Shown here piece after piece: positions 58,067 to 64,000 of a stretch of DNA of 64,000 nucleotides. The stretch comes from an uncultured Rhodopirellula sp. (GTDB lineage Bacteria > Planctomycetota > Planctomycetia > Pirellulales > Pirellulaceae): NCBI GenBank assembly GCA_964007735.1, contig CAXGAI010000018.1, positions 1 to 64,000 of the forward strand, in the 5' to 3' direction. The stretch's first letter is position 1; each line of letters starts with the position of its first letter. The notes below the pieces were generated by a model. The model worked only from the letters and a program-made list of their open reading frames with translations. It did no database searches and was not told where the DNA came from. Both the position numbers and the translations under genes were made by a program.

Positions 58067-59476
58067 ATGGCAGACGGCCTTGGTAAGAACAAGGGTTTTG
58101 TAAGCCTTAATATTTTACAGGCCTTTGGGGCTGCTAACGATAATCTGTTTAAGCAGATTATTATGCTGGGCGTTGCCACCGGGGGGGTCTGGAGTCTCGA
58201 ACTCGGCACAGGCGGTCAGGCAACCATCTCCCTGCTTTTTTCTTTGCCTTTTATCCTTTTCGGCGGTTTTTCAGGTCAATTCTCGGATAAATTCAGTAAA
58301 CGCAGCGTGGTGATTTTCGTCAAGCTATGGGAAGTGATGCTTGCTTTGGCTTGCATTGCTGCTTTGGCGACGGGGAATTTCAGAGTTTCGTTGTTTTGCG
58401 TCATCATGCTGGGTGTCCAGAGCACTCTTTTTTCTCCGGTGAAACTAGGGATTATTCCCGAGTTAGTGCAATACAAGCAAATTACCAATGCCAATGGAAC
58501 GCTGGGAATGGTCAGCAATATCGCGATCATTCTTGGTATCGCGCTGGCCGGTGTGTTTTCAGACAAGTACAAGCCGGCGTTTCTTGGGAATAATATGTTG
58601 TCTCCGGGGGTAGGAGAGAAAGACAGAGCGTTGATTGAAAAGGGGGTAGAGTTGGTCTCCGACGGGACATGGCTCTTCATCCCTGGAATTACGATACTTG
58701 TCCTTGCGTTGGTCGGTCTATATTGCGCATTTCAACTTCCGAAGTTACCACCCAAGAACCCAGATCTCAAACTTAGTTTTAGTTTGAGGGGCTTCTTTGG
58801 CGTTTACGTGGAACAGTTCAGTGCCAACCTAGGTAAGCCCTTGCTGGCAGTGACGGGAGCCTTTTCTGCTTTCTTCATTATTGCGGGCATTGCGTTATTA
58901 AATATTTCTGAATACGCACAGTATTTGGGAGTCTCCGATACGCTAGCATCAGCTCAAGGTGCTTTCCTATCGATTGCGATTGGTTTGGGAGGCGTGTTTG
59001 TTGGTCTGCAAAGTAAAGATCGGGTTCGACCTCGGTTTGTTTTGGTAGGCGGCATAGGAATGGCCATTGGTTTCACGGTGCTCGGTTTCCTACCTAAGAA
59101 CTATTGGCTCGTTGTCGCTATGCTCTCCATGTCAGGATTTTTTGCGGGTCTTTACATGATTCCCCTACAATCGCTCCTGCAAATTCTTACCAACGACGAA
59201 AATCGAGGCCGCTTTATAGGTTTTTCCTCGATGCTAACGATGGTTGGTTTCGTTACCGGGAACTACCTGTTCAAGTTGGGTAGTACGAATTTCGGCGAGC
59301 ATGCCGCTCCTCGTACCTATCTTCTTTGCGCGGCCGTGTCCGCCGTTATGTTGATTCCGTTGTGGTTGCGTTGGGTTCCCTGGTTTCAGCGAACGATCGA
59401 TGAGCTCTCCACGGCAGAAACAGGGAATCCATCAGCGGGACCCGTCAGTAGCGTATCGGAGACTGAGGTGCTCTGA
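58067..59476 (+). CDS. MFS transporter (LplT/Aas-associated type)
   Basis: About 12 TM segments; FGAANDNLFK, LPFILF...GQFSDKFSK, QSTLFSPVKLGIIPEL and ANG motifs typical of the LplT-like clade. Confidence 0.85.
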   Translation: MADGLGKNKGFVSLNILQAFGAANDNLFKQIIMLGVATGGVWSLELGTGGQATISLLFSLPFILFGGFSGQFSDKFSKRSVVIFVKLWEVMLALACIAALATGNFRVSLFCVIMLGVQSTLFSPVKLGIIPELVQYKQITNANGTLGMVSNIAIILGIALAGVFSDKYKPAFLGNNMLSPGVGEKDRALIEKGVELVSDGTWLFIPGITILVLALVGLYCAFQLPKLPPKNPDLKLSFSLRGFFGVYVEQFSANLGKPLLAVTGAFSAFFIIAGIALLNISEYAQYLGVSDTLASAQGAFLSIAIGLGGVFVGLQSKDRVRPRFVLVGGIGMAIGFTVLGFLPKNYWLVVAMLSMSGFFAGLYMIPLQSLLQILTNDENRGRFIGFSSMLTMVGFVTGNYLFKLGSTNFGEHAAPRTYLLCAAVSAVMLIPLWLRWVPWFQRTIDELSTAETGNPSAGPVSSVSETEVL

Positions 59477-59649
59477 GCTTCCTACTTAAATTCTTGGGGG
59501 CACTGAGGATAGAAGAAGTTGGCAACGACGTATCTTTAAAAGCAGTTGGGGGCGGCGACTAGTTGGAAATGTTGGTTGATACCACTCAATTCTGTAGAAT
59601 GTAAGTGCTCGGGTTTGAAATTGTTGTTTTTTGAAATGAAAGTGAGTTC

Positions 59650-60339
59650 TTGATGAGTGATAGCCAACTTCCGTCTGGTGAAACGACACCCTATGCTCCC
59701 CCGGGAACTGTCGACGTGCAGCCTCAGACAACGACGGTCGACTATAACAATCCTGTATATCATCAGAATCAATATTTGATTCGCCGTAAGTTCTTCAAAA
59801 TCTTCGGAGCCTCCTTTCATATTTACGATATGGATGGGAATTTAGCATTCTTTTCCAAACAAAAGGCCTTCAAGTTAAAGGAAGACATTCGGGTGTTTGG
59901 TGATCAGGCGATGACCAGTGAGTTGTTGTGTATTAAAGCTCGAGGTGTCATTGACTTGGGGATGACTTATGACGTGATCGATTCAACGACCCAGCAGGTG
60001 ATTGGTTCGTTACGTCGTAAAGGTCTTAAGTCAATAATTCGTGATAGTTGGGTGATTAACGATGTTAATGATCAGGAATTCGGAACCATTCAGGAAGAAA
60101 GTGGTGCTTTGGCAATCTTGCGTCGATTTCTTGGTGGCCCGATTGTCCAAATGCTGGCTCCACAAAAATACAATGGATATATTGGTGACGTTCCTGTCCT
60201 GGAGTTTACTCAGAACCGTAACCCGTTCGTCCAAAAGATTCAGTTAGATTACGGGCCGGACGTAAATAGTTTACTCGACCGTCGGCTCGGGATAGCAGCC
60301 GCAGCGTTGCTATGTGCCGTTGAAGGACGTCAGAGCTAA
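59650..60339 (+). CDS. LURP-one/scramblase (Tubby C-terminal-like) family protein
   Basis: YLIRRKFFKIFGASFHIYD...KQKAFKLKEDI...IGSLRRKGLKSIIRDSW; C-terminal buried helix DRRLGIAAAALL. Confidence 0.65.
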   Translation: MMSDSQLPSGETTPYAPPGTVDVQPQTTTVDYNNPVYHQNQYLIRRKFFKIFGASFHIYDMDGNLAFFSKQKAFKLKEDIRVFGDQAMTSELLCIKARGVIDLGMTYDVIDSTTQQVIGSLRRKGLKSIIRDSWVINDVNDQEFGTIQEESGALAILRRFLGGPIVQMLAPQKYNGYIGDVPVLEFTQNRNPFVQKIQLDYGPDVNSLLDRRLGIAAAALLCAVEGRQS

Positions 60340-60341
60340 GA

Positions 60342-60638
60342 ATGTCAGATTTGCAGATTTCGTGTCCGCAATGTGATTATGTTTGGGCAGTGCCAAAAAA
60401 TAAAAAGGGTGGGCAAGTAAATTGTCCGGCCTGTGGTGTGCTGACCGAGATCAAAGGGGCTTCGGATACGAAGCTTTTTTACAGTCTGGTGCTAGGTCTG
60501 TTTGCTTTCCTAGGATTGCCTTTTGGTGTGATGGCCGTCATTGGGTTGATAAACGCAAATATGGAAATGGCAGTTTGTTCCGGCAGCATTTTTATTGTGG
60601 CTTGTCTCGTATTTGTTTTTTCTATTCTTGGTAGCTAG
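60342..60638 (+). CDS. Small zinc-ribbon membrane protein
   Basis: CPQC-x17-CPAC followed by two hydrophobic helices; starts 2 nt after the previous stop. Confidence 0.75.
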   Translation: MSDLQISCPQCDYVWAVPKNKKGGQVNCPACGVLTEIKGASDTKLFYSLVLGLFAFLGLPFGVMAVIGLINANMEMAVCSGSIFIVACLVFVFSILGS

Positions 60639-60648
60639 TTAAGGAGGC

Positions 60649-61623
60649 GTGATGTCTAACGGCGAACATGAGCATCCTTTCGTGCCTCAACCAATACCTG
60701 TGGCGTCGCCCGCGATGACTGGCACGCCGCTGGCTAAGGATAATCCGTACGGAGTTGGTATATCGGCGGATTCCGGAAACGCACCAGAACAGGAAGATTT
60801 GACGAGGTACCAGACTTTAAGGACGGGGTTAGTCCTGATCGTCTCGGGCCATTTTGGTCACATCTCGATGGTATTACTTATGATGTACGTCGTCTTCATG
60901 ACGATGAATCTTGGGGCATCAGTTGGGGGTGCAATAGGAGGAGGGCAGGGGGCTGAAGTCGGAGGTGAAGTCGGAGGCATGATTGGTGGACTGTTTGCCA
61001 CTTGCTGTGCCTGGTTTTTCTTTATCGTGACCGCGCCATTAAATTTCATTGGTGGTTGTCTTGGCTTTACCGTTCCTGATATTACTGGAGCCAAGTCGAA
61101 GGTCACCGCCAGTGTCCTGGCGGGTGCCTTGTCGATTCTTTGTTGGGTGGGCCTTTTTCTTGCACCAGAATTGGCAATCTTCAATTCAGGCTTAGGTTTC
61201 TTTCTGTATGTGGTGATTGTTCTGTTGTCGGTGTTCACCAGCCATGCATTCTTTGTGTGGGCATTGCATGATATTGGCGCGTATCTTGGCCGCCGTGAGG
61301 TATGTTCGGGTGGATTTGCGACGGTGGCAGTAAGTGGACTATGCTTCCTTTTGTTCATCGCAGGGTTAGGGATGCTAATGCGGATAGAAGGCTGGAAGGA
61401 CTCGGAACTGCCTGGTGCTTCTTCAGGCATGTGGTTGTTATCCGGCGTGTTGGCCCTTGTGTGGCTGGTGATGTATATACGCCTGTTGTTTGTTGCGATG
61501 AATTCTCTTAAGTTGGCGGGGCCGCCTCCGAGGGCGGTAGTGGTGCCCAATCAACCCATGCCTGTTCAGCCATATACGTCAGGTGTTCCTGTCGCGCAAA
61601 CTCCCAGCCGCAAAGGTTGGTAG
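60649..61623 (+). CDS. Hypothetical polytopic membrane protein
   Basis: AAGGAGG SD; about six TM helices; Pro-rich N- and C-termini. Confidence 0.8.
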   Translation: MMSNGEHEHPFVPQPIPVASPAMTGTPLAKDNPYGVGISADSGNAPEQEDLTRYQTLRTGLVLIVSGHFGHISMVLLMMYVVFMTMNLGASVGGAIGGGQGAEVGGEVGGMIGGLFATCCAWFFFIVTAPLNFIGGCLGFTVPDITGAKSKVTASVLAGALSILCWVGLFLAPELAIFNSGLGFFLYVVIVLLSVFTSHAFFVWALHDIGAYLGRREVCSGGFATVAVSGLCFLLFIAGLGMLMRIEGWKDSELPGASSGMWLLSGVLALVWLVMYIRLLFVAMNSLKLAGPPPRAVVVPNQPMPVQPYTSGVPVAQTPSRKGW

Positions 61624-61626
61624 GCT

Positions 61627-62214
61627 ATGCTTTTGCTTGGTACGTCGAATATTAATAAGGTGCTCGAATTCACTCGACTACTGAAAGAAATAGACCTTTG
61701 TGGACTGAGGGATATTGGTTGTGATATAGAGGTTGATGAAACCGGGGTGAGTTATGCCGAAAATGCAGCCATAAAGGCGAGTGCCTATGCTCATGAAACG
61801 GGCAGGTGGGTTTTAAGTGATGACACTGGTCTTGAAGTTGAAGCGTTGGGTGGCGCACCGGGGATAATGTCAGCACGCTTCGCCGGGACGAATTCAACAG
61901 GCTCGGAAAATGTCACAAAACTTATGGCCGATCTTCAGGGTGAGAAGCAACGGCAGGCAACATTTCATTGCGCCTTGGCTTTGGCCAACGCGAAAGGTGA
62001 AGTGGTTTTGACGTCCCACGGGATGTTGGGAGGGCGGATCCTGGAAGAGCCTGCGGGCGAGGGTGGTTTCACCTATGATTACGTGTTCTTTGAAGAGAAG
62101 TCGGGTTGCACTCTGGCTGAAATGCCAACATATGCGGTGGATCGGCTTAGCCATCGTGCGAAGGCTGTTCGAGAAATCAAGAACGATTTACTAAGGTTGC
62201 TGAAAGAAGACTAG
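61627..62214 (+). CDS. rdgB: Non-canonical purine NTP pyrophosphatase (RdgB/HAM1 family)
   Basis: TSNINK, ETGVSYAENAAIKA, SDDTGLEVEALGGAPGIMSARFAG, SHR. Confidence 0.88.
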   Translation: MLLLGTSNINKVLEFTRLLKEIDLCGLRDIGCDIEVDETGVSYAENAAIKASAYAHETGRWVLSDDTGLEVEALGGAPGIMSARFAGTNSTGSENVTKLMADLQGEKQRQATFHCALALANAKGEVVLTSHGMLGGRILEEPAGEGGFTYDYVFFEEKSGCTLAEMPTYAVDRLSHRAKAVREIKNDLLRLLKED

Positions 62215-62261
62215 CACCGCTGCAGACAGGCAAACCAATGAGGAGCCGTCATGTTCATAGC

Positions 62262-64000
62262 TCAGAGGATGGCGAGTGGGTTTCGGTCATGCTCAAGCGT
62301 GCCGCGTGTGATTCCAACGCGGTTCATCGCATGAAGTGACTTCCACACCTGAGTACCTGTTTGAGTTCCATTAAGGAGGGCTTGATATTGCCCGTAAAGA
62401 GTTTGCACTTGTTCGACCCGCGTTTCTCGCAATAGCTCGATTCGGAAACTGGAGATGCCAAGTTGGATTAAGTGGGGAACCATCTCAGCACCGCTCTGTG
62501 CCTGGGAATTGAAAAGTGTGTTTCGGCACCCCACGTCGGCAGTTAACGGGTGTAGTGCTCCGACGCGGTCTCTTAGTTCAACCTGGTGATGGTCGCAGGG
62601 ACGACCACAGTTGGTTTTATCCGTACCTGGTGAAAGGACACTACAAAATACACAATGTTCCATATGGAACATCGGCATGTGTTGGTGAATCACTATTTGT
62701 AGATCTAACGGTTGGCAATGGCGAACGAGAGTTTCTAGTTGGTCTCGGTTAAGGTCATACGAGGGAGTGATGAGTTCTACACCTAAAGACTTAAGAACGT
62801 TGACCGTCATTTGATTAGTCGCATTAAGAGAGAAATCGCCTGTCAGAGCGAATTCGTCGCGGAAGTATTCGATTCCGGCGAGGTTTCGAACGAGGATGCC
62901 GTCAGGTAATTGTTTGGCAATTGTCCTGAAGATTCCGACTTCGGCAGGTTTTTGTATTCGTGGTGTCGCCAAAAAAAGTTTGAACGAGGCATCTTTAGCA
63001 ATCTTCACGGCTTCACCGTAATCTCGGATGTCCTGAAAATCACAGTAGACGGTCTCAATATCTAGTTGCTTGAGAAAGGAGAGCTGTTCCTTATTTCGAG
63101 CTAAAACTGATAGTTTTGGTTTTGCTGGTTTCGTTGGTACGGCGGTACTTATTTTGGGGAGGTAATCTATTTCCAGCTTCCTTCGCGTTGGAAGCTGGAT
63201 CATTTGTTGGTCTAGTGCTGCTGTAAGTCGTTTGCGTAGCTCTCCCAAAACGCTTAAAGGCACCATGGGCTTGCCGGTGATCCTGCTATGGCAATTTACG
63301 AGTTGGTAACGAGTGTTACCCAGACGTCCGAGTTGTTTTTCAATCTGTTCTGCTGTAATGGTGTGCTTTCGGGCTGCTTCGAGGATATGCTCTGATTCAA
63401 TAGTGAAATCAGGCCGCTCTGGAAGTGATGCGGTGATGGAAATTGGTTCTCCGGTTGTCGCCGTGACTTTGACTGAAAGTGAGACTTTGCGGCGAGGGTA
63501 TTTGGTTTGGAAGCTCTTTCGGAGAGATTTTGTCAGTGCTTGATCGTCAGTCTTCCAGAATTCCAGAGTCTCAGTGAGTTGTTCAAAGTCGATGGCATCA
63601 CGCAGAAAGCGCAATTCAATTTGTCCCGGCGGAACATCCCCTTGCTGGCGTCTGCCATTTTGAAGGATTTCAAAAATTCTTCCGCCCTGTTCCGCCTGTT
63701 GTGTACGGTCGCCGGCAAAGACAATCCCATCGCCTGCTTTCAAAGGAATCGTGGATTTGACAATCACACTGTCAGAAAGAATTTTAAGGGCTGTTCCTGC
63801 GGAGACTCCTCGTTTAGAGGAACTCATGCCCGGGACGAGCATTTTGTGATCGCAGCCTTCAAGCCATCCCGGGGAAAAGCCTCTTGAAAAAGAAAGTTCC
63901 ATATTGCGAACTTCTTCTTTCGACAGTGCCACCAGCCTGTCCGATACTGCCTGATCGATTGCCTTGCGATAATGTTTCGTGATATTGGCAACGTACTCTG
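62262..64000 (-). CDS. U32 family protein with DUF3656 (RlhA-like rRNA hydroxylation protein); N-terminus outside the window
   Basis: The frame stays open to the window edge (EYVANITKHYRKAID, a U32 motif). It also has QLGRLGNT (DUF3656) and a Cys cluster HCVFC...CGRPC...GCRNTLFN. Confidence 0.88.
   Translation of the reverse strand, partial: EYVANITKHYRKAIDQAVSDRLVALSKEEVRNMELSFSRGFSPGWLEGCDHKMLVPGMSSSKRGVSAGTALKILSDSVIVKSTIPLKAGDGIVFAGDRTQQAEQGGRIFEILQNGRRQQGDVPPGQIELRFLRDAIDFEQLTETLEFWKTDDQALTKSLRKSFQTKYPRRKVSLSVKVTATTGEPISITASLPERPDFTIESEHILEAARKHTITAEQIEKQLGRLGNTRYQLVNCHSRITGKPMVPLSVLGELRKRLTAALDQQMIQLPTRRKLEIDYLPKISTAVPTKPAKPKLSVLARNKEQLSFLKQLDIETVYCDFQDIRDYGEAVKIAKDASFKLFLATPRIQKPAEVGIFRTIAKQLPDGILVRNLAGIEYFRDEFALTGDFSLNATNQMTVNVLKSLGVELITPSYDLNRDQLETLVRHCQPLDLQIVIHQHMPMFHMEHCVFCSVLSPGTDKTNCGRPCDHHQVELRDRVGALHPLTADVGCRNTLFNSQAQSGAEMVPHLIQLGISSFRIELLRETRVEQVQTLYGQYQALLNGTQTGTQVWKSLHAMNRVGITRGTLEHDRNPLAIL

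Noticed and set aside
86..63887. Many short ORFs of 60-230 aa in the ORF track, for example 60858-61550, 12626-13126, 49053-49556 and 51583-52074
   Set aside because: They lie antisense or out of frame within well-supported genes and show no recognisable motifs, so they are treated as shadow ORFs.
1..64000. CRISPR array, tRNA/rRNA, integrase or transposase
   Set aside because: No regularly spaced repeats, cloverleaf or recombinase motifs were seen by eye. Intergenic gaps are all about 250 nt or less.

Overview
Gene-dense chromosomal segment, very likely from a planctomycete, judged by seven DUF1501 genes, five DUF1549/DUF1553 (PSCyt2/PSD1) genes, planctomycete-type cytochrome c domains, sulfatases and DUF1080. 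Most genes encode exported hydrolases or oxidoreductases for carbohydrates, sulfate esters and amides. No rRNA, tRNA, CRISPR array, integrase or transposase was seen. The block that does not fit this background is a tightly coupled four-gene DNA-processing operon at 25779-33381. It encodes an Mre11/SbcD-like nuclease, a membrane-anchored Rad50/YhaN-like ATPase with an extra C-terminal domain, a RecQ helicase fused to a ComF-like PRTase domain, and a degenerate DprA-like protein ending in a possible sliding-clamp-binding motif. About 4 kb upstream is an ECF sigma factor-ssb pair facing a membrane EF-hand protein. Both window ends cut genes that the ORF track misses or truncates: a DUF1501 gene at the left and a U32/RlhA-like gene at the right. 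All family calls come from reading motifs by eye; no database search was run.
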